A stretch of 63,086 nt of DNA, counting the filler, from Chiloscyllium plagiosum (lineage: Eukaryota): assembly GCF_004010195.1 (NCBI RefSeq). It is 4 parts of one record of this genome, joined end to end, with 100 filler letters (N's around TTAATTAATTAA, not from the genome) between each part and the next. Parts side by side here need not be neighbours in the genome. Positions count along the whole stretch, not along the records: positions 21,772 to 48,794 come from NC_057712.1; 3 more parts are not named here. One strand, given 5' to 3'. Below are positions 23,796 through 35,184 of the stretch, in pieces (within the stretch, counting starts at the first letter, position 1; every line of letters begins with the position of its first letter). The notes beneath the pieces were generated by a model. It did not search any database, was not told where the DNA came from, and was given only the letters and a program-made list of their open reading frames with translations. The translations under genes were made by a program, and so were the position numbers.

Positions 23796-25624
23796 TTTTT
23801 TTTATTTCAAAAATATACTTTATTCATAAAATATTTTGATGATCTGTACAATTGGTCATGCCATACATACGTAAGCATTCCATTTCTTGGCATACAGAGA
23901 CAGAGTAATCATTCATATATACAGGTCTGTATGATTACTATCCACATTTTTAGCTGGGGGTCAGCGGAGCCCCCTTACTGCGTCGGACCCCTGTGCTTAG
24001 GCAGGCTGACGTTACACGATGGTCTTTCCCCACCGCGCCTTGGCAGCAGCTGCTCCAAGCTTCAGCGTGTCCCTCAACACGTAGTCCCAGACCTTGGAAT
24101 GTGCCAGTCTGCTACACTCAGTCGGGGTCAACTTCTTCAGCTGGAAGATCAACAGGTTTCGGACCACCCAGAGAGCGTCCTTCACCGAGTTGATGATCCT
24201 CCAGGCACAGTTGATGTTCGTCTCTCTGTGCGTCCTGCATCACGGAGCTGCTCGGGACGAACCTCGACAAACACCACTGCTTTCCTCTCCAGACGTTTTC
24301 TGCATAAGCACATTCCAGAAGGAAGGAGGTGTGTGACAGTCTCGTCCCCCCCGCAGCCGCTTCGAGGGCAGCGTGCGGTGCGGGAGAGAGTCCGGGCATG
24401 CATAAAGGATCTCACAGGCAGAGCCCTTCTCACCAGTAGCCAAGCCATGTCTTGGTGCTTGTTGGAAAGTTCTGACGATGTGGTATTCTGCCAAATGACT
24501 TTGACAGTCTGCTCAGGGAACCACCCTCTCCTTTTCCCAAAGGGTCTCAAGGACACTACGTGCTGACCACTTCCTGATGGACTTGTGGTCAAAGGTGTTT
24601 TTCTTCATAAACTTCTCCACGAAGGACAGGTGATACGGAACAGCCCAACTACTCGGAGTGTTCTGCGGCAGCAAGGCCAGGCCCATCCTTCGCAACACTG
24701 GGGACAGGTAGAACCTCAGTACGTAGTGACACTTGGTGTTTGCGTACCGGGGATCCACACACAGCTTGATGCAGCCACACACAAAGGTGGCCATCAGGGT
24801 GAGGGTGGCATTGGGTGTATTTTTTCTCCCGTTGCCCAGATCTTTATACATCGAGTCTCTTCGGACCCGGTCCATTTTTGATCACCATATAAATTGGAAG
24901 ATGGCCCGGGTGACTGCAGCAGCACAGGTTCTGGGAATAGGCCAGACCTGTGCCACGTATAACAGCAATGACAGTGCCTCACACCTGATGACCAGGTTTT
25001 TTCCCCATGATGGAGAGCGACCGTAGCTTCCATCTGCCCAGTTTCTGCCTCACTTTGCTGATATGCTCCTCCCAAGACTTGGCGCACGCCCCAGCCCCCC
25101 CTGAACCAAATACCCAGCACCTTCAGGTGGTCGGTCCTGATAATGAAGGGGATCGAGGATTAGTCGGCCCAGTTCCCAAAGAGCATGGCCTCGCTCTTGC
25201 CTCGGTTTACCTTGGCCCCCCGAGGCCCGTTCGAACTGGTCACATATGCACATGAGTCTGTACACGGACAGTGGATCAGAGCAGAACAGAAACGGTGATG
25301 TCATCCATGTACAGGGAGGCCTTAACCTGCAGGCCCCCGCTGCCAGGAATAGTCACCCCTCTTAGGCTTGCAACCTTCCTGATGGACTCGGCAAATGGCT
25401 CTATGCAGCACACAAACAAGGCAGGAGAGAGAGGGCAGCCCTGCCTGACTCCAGATCTGACTGGGAAGCTATCTGATTCCAACCCATTGATTGAGACTGG
25501 ACTGACAATGTTGGTGTAGAGCAGTCTGATCCAATTGCAAATTCTCTCCCCAAAGCCCATTTTGGAGAGAACATTTCTCATATACATGTGTGGTATCCTC
25601 TCAAAGGCTTTCTCCTGGTCCAGG
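23796..25624 (-). mobile_element. Tx1/L1-clade LINE (family 2), 5'-truncated: RT, zf-RVT region, polyA
   Basis: ISLDQEKAFERI, SGVRQGCPLSPALF, SLYMDDITV, KHQDMAWLLVRRALPVR, CPRSGCGGDETVTHLL; AATAAA and A tail; CTGAT at both junctions. Confidence 0.93.
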
Positions 25625-26925
25625 CTGATCAATAGCTTCATAACGATCAGCAATGCATCAATTTCTTCAAACTGATCAGCATGCTACCAATTGCTTCACA
25701 CTGATCACTCATGGTAACAGTTGCTTAACAGTGATCATCATTAAACTGACTAACATGGCACCAATTGCTTCACACTGATCATTGTGGCACTGATTACCAT
25801 GGCAACAACTGTTTCACATAGTCACCAAGGCACCATTAGCTTCATTCTAATCAGCATGACATTGAAAACGTCATCAACAATTGTTTCACACTGATCTCTA
25901 CGTCATCAATCACCTGAGCAGCAACTGTGTCACACTCATTACCATGGCAGTGTGCACTGTGGCACTGAATACCTTGGCACCAATTGCTTCACATTGATCA
26001 TTGTGACAAATTGGCACTGATCATAATGGTAACTGCTTAACATCGATCATCATTTCACTCATCAACATGACACCACTTGCATCACACTAGTCATCTTGGC
26101 ACCAAGTGCTTCAAATTGATTGTTGTGGCAATGATTGCCGTGGCAATGTTTTCACAATGTCAAGGCAACACCATTGGCTTCATGCTGATCATCATGGCAC
26201 TGATCAGTATGACACTGAAAACCCTAGCACCAATTGCTTCACACTAATTACCAAAACACCGATCACCTTAGCAGCAATCAGTTCACGCTGATCTCTATTG
26301 CATCAGTTACATGAGCAGCAATTGCCTCACACTCATCACCATAGCAATGTTCACCATGGAACTGAAAACCTTGTTACCATTTCCTTCACACTGATCACCA
26401 AGGTACTGATCCCAATGGCACTGAAAACACTAACACCAATTGCTTCACACTGATCACCATGGCATTGACCACAGTGGCACTGAAAGCCATGGCACCAATT
26501 GCTCCACACTGATCACCTAGGCAACAATTGCTTCGCACAGATTTCCCTGGCATGGATCAGCTTGTCACCAACTTGCACACAATGATCACAGTGACACTGA
26601 TCACCATGGAAGTGAAAAACATTGACACCAATTGCTTCACATCAATGACCAATTTTCTGATCACTAAGGCACTGAGAACCATCTAACAAATTGCTTCACA
26701 TTGATCACCAAAGCATTGATAATTTTCTCACTAACTGCTTCACAATGATTTTGTGGCAATGATCCCCTTGGCACCAATTGTTTTGTAACAATCGCCAAAG
26801 CACTGAAAACATTGGTACCAATTAGTCAGACTGTTCCCCTCACATCGACCAATTTGGCACCCTTTGCATCACACCACTCGCCATAGCATCAACGGTCACT
26901 ACGGCACTGAAAGCTTTGGCTACAA

Positions 26926-27162
26926 TGAATATAGAACATTGAACAGTACTGTACAGTACAGGCCCTTCAGCTTATGATGTTGTGCTGAGCATTTAGCTTA
27001 GCCTAACCCACACACCCCTCATTGACTGCCATGTGCTTGTCCAGCAGTCACTGAAACATCCCTTATGTCTCTGACTCTACAACCACCATTGACAGTGCAT
27101 TCCACACACCCACCACTCTGCGTAAAAAACCTACATCTGCCATCACCCCTATACCTTCCTCA
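26926..27162 (-). mobile_element. CR1 3' end fragment inside the satellite
   Basis: ATAGAACATTGAACAGTACTGTACAGTACAGGCCCTTCAG tail; CCACCACTCTGCGTAAAAAAC. Confidence 0.8.
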
Positions 27163-27717
27163 ACATGGCACCAATTGCTTCACACTGGCCACCTTGCACC
27201 AATGCTCCACGCTGATTGTTGTAGCGCTGATCACCATGGTAGCAACTGTTTTACAATGTCACAACTGAATTGGCTTCATGTTAATGATCTTGTTACTGAT
27301 TAGCATGACACTGAAAACTTCAGCAACAATTACTTCACACTGATTACCAAGATACTGATCACCTTGGCAACAATTGGTTGCCAATCACCTGAGCAGCAAT
27401 TGCTTCACATTGATCATCATGGCACCAATTGCTTCACACTGATCACCAAGGCACTGAAAATCTTGGCAACAAATGCTCCACACTGATCATGGCACCCATC
27501 AGCTCAGCACTGATAGGTTCACACTGATCACTGTGGCAATGATGTCACACTTGTCATTATGGCACCAATTGTTTTAAACTGAACAACATGGAAACAATGT
27601 TTTGCCAGTGTCCCCATGGCACCAATTGCTTGACACTGATCACTCTGACAAAGATCAACATGTCACCAATTGCTTCACACTGAACACTGGCACTGATCAC
27701 TGTGGCAGTAATTGCTT

Positions 27718-28233
27718 CAATAATGCAAAGGGAGACCTGCATATTAATGAGCAACATTCCCCAGTAGTCACCAAGGCATCCACTGTCAGTCGCAGTATAT
27801 CCAAGCCAATGAGAGTAAACAGCCTTCTCCCAGTTTTTCCAATTGTCATAACTGAGAGTGTAGGATGTTTACACCATCTGCAACTCAGATTTCTGACTGT
27901 GTTAGTGGATGAATAACTGAGAATTCAGGAGTACAGTCCTATCAATTCTATCAGAAAGTGATATTTCAAAGAAAATTACTTCAATATCCAATTTATGGTT
28001 TTGCTGCACATCTCATTAACAAGTGCTAACCATTCTATTGTTCATCCAGGCCACAACAGTTTCCTAGGAGAAAGTGAGGACTGCAGATGCTGGGGATCAG
28101 AGCTTAAAAATGTGTTGCTGGAAAAGCGCAGCAGGTCAGGCAGCATCAAAGGAGAAGGAGAATCGACGTTTCAGGCATAAGGCCTTCTTCAGGAATGAGG
28201 AGGGACCTTTGCAGGTCTCCCTTTGCATTATTG
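27718..28233. repeat. Segment bounded by a perfect 24-bp inverted repeat
   Basis: CAATAATGCAAAGGGAGACCTGCA (27718-27741) and its exact reverse complement (28210-28233). Confidence 0.85.
28065..28204 (-). mobile_element. PLE pLTR fragment with tail and hammerhead motif (28160-28196)
   Basis: Minus strand ATTC-CTGAAGA-A-GGCC TTAT GCCT-GAAA-CGTC...CTGCAGTCCTCACTTTCTCCTAG. Confidence 0.85.
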
Positions 28234-28244
28234 CCAAGCAGACT

Positions 28245-28438
28245 GATTTCCACAAAACCAGTCAATGGATTTGTTCTTGCAAAGTTTTGGCATGGTAGCC
28301 TAATTAGTAAAGTTAGGTCACATGGGATTCAGAGTGAGCTTGCCAATTGGATACACAATTGATTTAACAGCAAGAGACAGACAGTAGTGGTGGAAGCCTG
28401 TCACCAGGGATGTTCCACAAGGATTCATTCTGGGCCCT
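28245..28438 (+). mobile_element. Degenerate CR1 RT fragment
   Basis: KVRSHGIQSELANWIHN; VPQGFILGP. Confidence 0.65.
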
Positions 28439-29825
28439 CATCCTCCATTGCTCCAGGGAAAACAGCCCCAGCCTATTCAACCTCTCCCTATAGCTCAAAT
28501 CCTCCAACCCTGGCATCACCCTTGTAAATCTTTTCTGAACCCTTTCAAGTTTCACAACATCCTTCTGATAGGAAGGAGACCAGAATTGCACACAATATTC
28601 CAACAGTGGCCTAATCAATGTCCTATACAGCCGCAACATAACCTCCCAACTCCTGTACTCAATACTCTGACCAATAAATGAAAGCATACCAAACATCTTC
28701 TTCACTATCCTATCTACCTGCGACTCCACTTTCAAAGGAACTATGAACCTGCACTACAAGGTCTCTTTGTTCAGCAGCACTCCCCAGGACTTCACAATTA
28801 AGTGCATAAGTCCTACTCTGGTTTGCCTATCCAAAAGACAGCACCTCACATTTATCTAAATTAAATTCCATCTGCCACTCCTCAACCCATTGGCTCATCT
28901 GATTAAGATCCCATTGTACTCTGAGGTACCCTCCTTTGCTATCCACTACACTGCCAATTTTGGTGTCATCTGCAAACTTACTAATTATACCTCCCATGTT
29001 CACATCCAAGTCATTTATATAAATGACAAAATGTAGTGGACCCTGCACTGATCCTTGTAGCACACCACTGGTCACAGGCCTCCAGTCTGAAAGGCAACCC
29101 TCCACCACCCCCTCTGTCTCCTACCTTTGAGCCAGTTCTGTTTCCAAATGGCTAATTCTCCCTGTAAATCATAAGATCTAGCCTTCCTAACCAATTTACA
29201 ATGAGGAACCTTGTCGAATGCCTTACTGAAATCCACATTGATCATGTCCACCACTTTGCCCTTATCAATACTTTTTGTTACATTTTCAAAAAACTCAATC
29301 AAGTTTGAGCAACATAATTTCCCACACACAAAACCATGTTGACTATCATTAATCAGTTCTGGCCTTTCAAAATACCCGTAGGATTCCCTTAGGAATTCCC
29401 TCCAACAACTTGCCCACCACCGATGTCTATAGTTCCCTGGCTTTTCTTGCCACCTTTCTTAAACTGGCACCATAGTAGCCAACCTCCAGTCTTCGAGCAC
29501 CTCACCTGTGACTATCAATGATTCAAATATCTCAGTAAGGGGCCCAGCAATCACTTCCCTAGCTGCCTACAGAGTTCTAGGGTACACCTGATCAGGTCCT
29601 GGGGATTTATCCCCCTTTATGCATTTTAAGATATCCAGCACCTCCTCCTTTATAATATGGACATTCTTCATGATGTCACCATCTATTTCCCCACATTCTG
29701 CATCTTCCTTGTCCTTCTCCATAGTAAACATTGCAAAATACTCATTTAGTATCTCCCTCATGTCCTGCGGTCCCACACATTGGCTGCCTTGCTGATCTTT
29801 GAGGAGCCTTACTCTCTCCCTAGTT
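28439..29825 (-). mobile_element. CR1 (HER1-like) RT region
   Basis: DKSPGPDQVYPRTL, DFSKAFDKVPH, SKFADDTKIG, LEYCVQFWSPSY. Confidence 0.93.
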
Positions 29826-30584
29826 AAGCTTCACTTAGAATACATTTGTACGTGGCTCCCTTGTAATTTGATGTGTGTCAATTTCACTGCAATTTGAAAC
29901 ACTCACATCATTATACTTATATCAAGTGGCTTTAGTCAGCATTTTAACTTCTGATACAGCTGCATTTGAGCTACATAAATGGTTATATGAAATGTGTGAA
30001 AATAATTTGAAAATTGTGAATATGTCTTGTATTGTTATTTAATACTGTATTAATTTGATTAAAGTTAATTTTGAAATAGAACAGAGTACAAATCCCTGCT
30101 TTCAAGTGTTTCAGCCTTAGGTCAATCTGCTAGAGAACATCTAAAAACTCATCTAATAACTATAATGTTTTCAGACTATGCTTTTATTTTGAAACTGTTT
30201 CTCTCTCTTTAACATCACTACATTTCAATTCTTCCAAATTTTTGTCTGTGTCTTCTGTGTCCTTTAAATTAATATGACTGATCTTTTTAACCTTAGTATA
30301 TTATGACAGCAAGGTTGTATCTTCTTTCATATTTTTCAGCATAACATGCTGGGTATTCCACTGGATACGTGATACCATAACTAATAATATTGCTCCAGCC
30401 TCCCTTCTTCAGTCAGCAATATCTGCTTCATACTAATCCAACTTTCCTTTAAAATTGTCTCAGTTACAAGTGTGGCAATAACATTCTATGCGCCAAAAGA
30501 AGCTCCAGAGAAATATGTTTGACCTAATCTCACTCTCTAATGATTTAACCATAGTGGGAAAGTGCAGAATATTTCAACAGTTTT

Positions 30585-31362
30585 AGACTTGCAAGATGAT
30601 ATAAATGGGCCAAACAGTGGCAAATGGAATTTAATCCTGAAAGGTGTGAGATGATACATTTTAGAAGGACTAACAAGGCAAGGGAGTACTTGTTTAATGG
30701 TAGGACCCTCAGAAGTACAGAGGATTAGAGGGTCTTGGGGTGCGTGCCCATAGATCTTTGAAGGCAGCAAGACAGGCAGATAAAGTGATTAAGAAGGTGT
30801 ATAGGATGCTTGCCATAACAGTAAAGGCATTGAATACAAGAGCAAGGAGATTATAATGGAGCTATATACAACATTAGTTAGCTCACAGATGGAGTACTGT
30901 GTCCAATTCAGGTTGCAACATAATTGAAAAACTGTGATTGTGATGCAGAGGGTGTCAAAGAGATTCACCAGAATATTGCCTACACTGGAGCAATTCAACT
31001 ATGAAGACAGCTTAGAGAGATTGCAGCTGTTTTCCTCAGAGAAGGATGAGAGGAACATGACTGAGTACAAAATTATGAAGGACAGGCAAGGCAGATCAGG
31101 AGAAACATACCCCCTTAGTAGAGGGGTCAATAACCAGGGGGCAAAATTTTAAGGTAAAGGGTGGAAAGTTTGGAGGGGATTTGAGTGGGAATGAAGCAGG
31201 CACCTTCTTCACATTCAACAACTATTTAGTTTAGTATTTGAAATGCAAAAGGATACAAAGCTACAGACCAAGTGCTGGGAAATGAGCTTACAGTTAATAG
31301 GAGCTTGATGACCAGCAGGGCTGCCACAGCCAAAGGGCCTCTTCCTGTGCTGAAAAACTCAA
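30585..31362 (+). mobile_element. Old CR1 3' portion
   Basis: QWQMEFNPERCEMIHF; MQRVSKRFTRILP; 3' UTR AAAGGGCCTCTTCCTGTGCTG. Confidence 0.85.
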
Positions 31363-31414
31363 TAAATTTACAGTTCAGTCAGCTCATTGATCCATTAATT
31401 GTTTCAACAGCAAT

Positions 31415-31715
31415 ATTTGATTTCGATAGCACCTTTCACAATATCTGCAAACCCCAATGAGCTTTACAAGACATAATTTCTGAAGTGTACACGCTACTGT
31501 AATACAGGAAACTCACTTGCCAATTAAGGCATATAGTAAGTTCCCACAATTGGTATTAAGATACTGGCAAGATAATCTGTTTTTAAATACTTGATTGAGG
31601 AATGAATATTGGCCAGGACACCTGGGAGACACTTGCAACACTAACAACAAAATAGGACTGGAACATCAACCTGGATCATATACTTTGAGATGGGTCAGGA
31701 ACACACAACTTCCTG
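31415..31715 (-). mobile_element. Deu-domain SINE remnant
   Basis: Reverse complement matches 3080-3320 (TATTGGCCAGGACACC, GATAATCTG, ATAGCACCTTTCAC). Confidence 0.65.
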
Positions 31716-31844
31716 ACACATAGAGGAGAGTAAGCTGTTGGATATTGGCAGGGATCTTTTATTGCAACAGAGGTCACTATTTCCATGGTAAATGCACAAA
31801 GAATAGACTATTTTTAAAAAAGTGACCACAGTTAGAAAAACAAA

Positions 31845-31985
31845 CACAACACAGGCCCTTTGGCCCTCCAAGCCTGCAACCACACATTTTGTCCTTTCAT
31901 ACTAAAACTTTCCACTTACAGGATGCATATCCTTCTATACTCTTCCTATTCATGCATTCATCCAGGTGCTTTTTGAATGTAGATA
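31845..31985 (-). mobile_element. CR1 3' fragment
   Basis: ACAGGCCCTTTGGCCCTCCAAGCCTGC...CCTATTCATGCATTCATCCAGGTGC. Confidence 0.6.
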
Positions 31986-33367
31986 ATGTTAATAATTGCC
32001 TGTGTCACAGCCATTTCTCCCTCTGCGAATCTAAATGTGAATGAATTATGATCAGAAACAGCAGCCTGAAAATTGTCATCCAGGGGAGATACAGCCTGAG
32101 AGTTTATGGGTGTTTGCAGCTGTCTGTGGCTATGTTAACCTAATTGCATTCACCTGTTCACTTCAAATATTGACTCGGAGTGAAAATCAGTATGGTACAT
32201 CAACAGGCAGAGCAAATATCAGGATAGTACTTAGATAGGCAATAGTGAAAATTAGTACATTACCTGGACATGCCGTTGTGAAAATGAGTGTGCTATAAGC
32301 CTGGGATTCGGTGTCTATCTTTCATAAAGAATGGTCCTGTTCATTCAAAATGTCTGGTTAGGAACCATTGGGGTTAATTTTGAAGGTCATTGAACACTTT
32401 AATTTTACTGTGTTGTGAATACAGGAATAGGGAGTCTGATTTGATTTGGCTATCCATCTCCATCTCCATCTTCAGAATGCTGAAAATAAAGCTGCCATCT
32501 GGTGAGACGAGTTATATCATCATCATGACCATCTGTGCTGGACAAGTCATGAATAGTGGAACAAAGCTGGAAGGCTTCAGTTCGGGAGAAGACATCATTA
32601 CCCTCAACCAGCATTCCCCTAAAGCCACAATGTTGATACCTCCATTCACAACAATGTAATGGAGAGCAAGAGTTGACAAATGAATGGAGACTCAGGAAGG
32701 ATATGTGAAGAGATGTCATTAAGAGCTGAACCACTGGCAGTCTCCACAACAGTCAGCAATGGCAGCACTAAGTTGGACAGGAAGGAAATTTGGAGGGGGA
32801 TCCCTTAATTGGAATGCTAGAATGGAAGATCAGTCAGAGAGCTTACTCTTGAATCCTCTCCATCACAACTATCTCATGTGGGAATGAGTTCCATGTCCTC
32901 ACCACTCTCTAGGCAAAGAGAGTTTTGCATTGAGCAACTGTTCTTCAGAGTGAGCTAAAACCATCAAGAAAATTCCTGCTCTTCCTACTGCCAGTCTTGA
33001 AAGAACTATGGACCACTCATGGGTAGAATGCGTGGTCGTCTTCAGCATCAACTTGCAGGTATTCCAGCAGCCTAGCTTGCGGTCTTATCCAGGAATGGTG
33101 ATCTTGGTCCGCCTTCTATGGTGGTCTTCTTTGGCAAAGGCTTCCAGCTCAGTATTCCAACAGCCTGGCATGGCAGTCTGGTCCCAACAAGACGTTCTCA
33201 TCCGGAATGATGGTCTCATCCAAGCTGCATCTTCCAAGTATTCCATCATTGCTGAATCAGCTTTCCCCGAGCCCTGGAGCTGTGACTTAACTGATTAACT
33301 TTGTCTTAGTTTTCCTTTTTTTCATTATTTATGACTTTTGTCATTAATATAGGCACCACGGTAAGGT

Positions 33368-33509
33368 AAAAACAATGACTGCAAATGCTGGAAACCAGAT
33401 TCTGGATCAGTGATGCTGGAAGAGCACAGCAATTCAGGCAGCATCCGACGAGCTGCTCGTCGGATGCTGCCTGAATTGCTGTGCTATTCCAGCACCACTG
33501 ATCCAGAAT
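33368..33509. mobile_element. Palindromic PLE mini-insertion (tail plus pLTR and its inverted copy)
   Basis: About 59-bp arms folding at GAGC-T-GCTC (about 33454); TSD CACGGTAAGGT (33357-33367, 33510-33520). Confidence 0.92.
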
Positions 33510-33899
33510 CACGGTAAGGTGACTTATAAAACTTTTCACAGTATTTTCATGTAACCGTACACATGACAATAAATTTCTATTTCTATTGTCTATTTCTGGC
33601 TCTGAAAATGATACACAACCTAAACCCCTGGAGCCAAGAGACAACTCTAACATAGGTTCTTTAATATAATTGTACTACATTTCATTTATAGCTGCAAATC
33701 TATTTATTGCTGACATTACCATTCCTAAAGTGTGGTGGAAACTCTGCCAAGGTTCCAGTTTGGGAGCAGCTCCAGTGATAGTGGTCCAGGATTAATATAT
33801 GGACTTAAGTGGGAGATTTCAGTCTGCCAGAGATCCTAATGCAACAACCAATTCTCTAAAGCCAAGTTTGCACATTTCAATGCTTAAGGCCAATTCATT

Positions 33900-34012
33900 T
33901 AACATAGAACATAACAACGCAGTACAGGCCCTTTGGCCCTTAATGTTGCACCGACCTGTGGAAACAATCTGAAGACCATTTATCGTATACTATTCCATTT
34001 TCATCCATGTAT
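33900..34012 (-). mobile_element. CR1 3' end fragment
   Basis: AACATAGAACATAACAACGCAGTACAGGCCCTTTGGCCC. Confidence 0.7.
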
Positions 34013-35005
34013 GCAAAAGTGAGGACTGCAGATGCTGGAAGCCAGAGTTTAGATCAGAATGGTGCTGGAAAAGCACAAGTCAGACAGCATCCGAGGAGCA
34101 AGAAAATCAACATTTCGGCCAAAAGCCCTTCATCAAGAATAGAGTCAGGGAGCCTCCAGGGTGGAGAGATAAATGGGGGGGGGTGGGGAAAGAAGGTAGC
34201 AAAGAGTACAATAGGTGAGTGAGGGTAGGGATGGAGGTGATAGGTCAGAGGGGAGGGTGGAGCGGATAAGTGGGAAGGAAGATTGGCAGGTAGGACAGGT
34301 AATGAGGACAGTGCTGAGCTGGAAGGTTGGAACTGGGGTAAGGTGGGGGGAGGGGAAATGTGGAATCTGGTGAAGTCCACATTAAAGCCCTGGGGTTGAA
34401 GTGTTCAGAGGCAGAAAATGAGGCGTTCTTCCTCCAGGCATCAGGTGGTGAGGCAGCGGCGGAGGCGGCCCTGGACATGCATGTTCTCAGCAGAGTAGGA
34501 GGGGGAGTTGAAATGTTGAGCCACGTGGCGGTGGGGTTGATTGGTGCGGGTGTCCCCGAGATGTTCCTTGAAGTGCTCTGCGAGGAGGCGTCCAGTCTCC
34601 CCAATGTAGAGGAGACCGCATCAGGATCAACGGATACAATAAATGACATTGGTGGATGTGCAGGTGAAACTTTGATGGATGTGGACCATATGGGATCAGT
34701 TGGTTAAGGAGGCAAGCACTAAGAAAGCAAATGTCGCTGTGGTAGCGAGTCTGTTTCAGTACATGGTTGAAGAGCTTCAGGGCAGAGGAGAGGATCTAGG
34801 GGTTGCAGTGAGAGAGACAGACTCACTGAGAATCTTGTGGAGAGGGGAGGAGAACTTCTTCAAGGTAGGCATCCTCGCAAGAGGATTTTCAGTACGGTTA
34901 AAATCAACTAGGCAAAAGTGTGGACTGCAGATGCTGGAAATCAGAGTTTAGATCAGAGTGGTGCTGGAAAAGCACAGCAGGTCAGGCAGCATCCGAGGAA
35001 CAGGA
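34013..35005 (-). mobile_element. Neptune-type PLE, internally deleted, with tandem pLTRs at both ends
   Basis: GIY-YIG region (IYCIR.SxCGLLYIGET), degenerate hammerhead at about 34106-34140; the pLTR/tail repeats at 34013 and 34912. Confidence 0.9.
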
Positions 35006-35184
35006 TTCACCTGTCCTTTTTTGGACAACACAGCTGTCCAGCTCAATTTAAACAAAAAAAAACAAACTGAACAAAATTGGATATTCTCTTTCAGAAAAAC
35101 AAATATAATGGATGATTCTATGCTATACTTTCACACATATTTCAATGTGTTCCTTGCCTGACTGTTGAAGAGAGCAGAGAAGAA

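Larger units (their letters stand above)
22190..27717. repeat. Complex degenerate satellite, core about 29 bp CACCAATTGCTTCACACTGATCACCATGG; interrupted by Tx1 and CR1 insertions
   Basis: Dozens of CAATTGCTTCACACTGATCA variants in 22190-23795, 25630-26925 and 27163-27717. Confidence 0.92.

Noticed and set aside
22190..27717. CRISPR-like array or His/Cys-rich protein (HTDHHGT repeats)
   Set aside because: Units are degenerate and contiguous with no unique spacers and no cas genes; a 29-bp period rotates frames and stops are frequent.
27738..27852. Minus-strand peptide VMTIGKTGRRLFTLIGL, faintly like a sugar-transporter GRR loop
   Set aside because: Similarity is short, the donor is weak, charged residues follow and no partner exons were seen.
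30340..30435. Possible exon after a TTTTTCAG acceptor
   Set aside because: No convincing donor or recognisable peptide in any frame.
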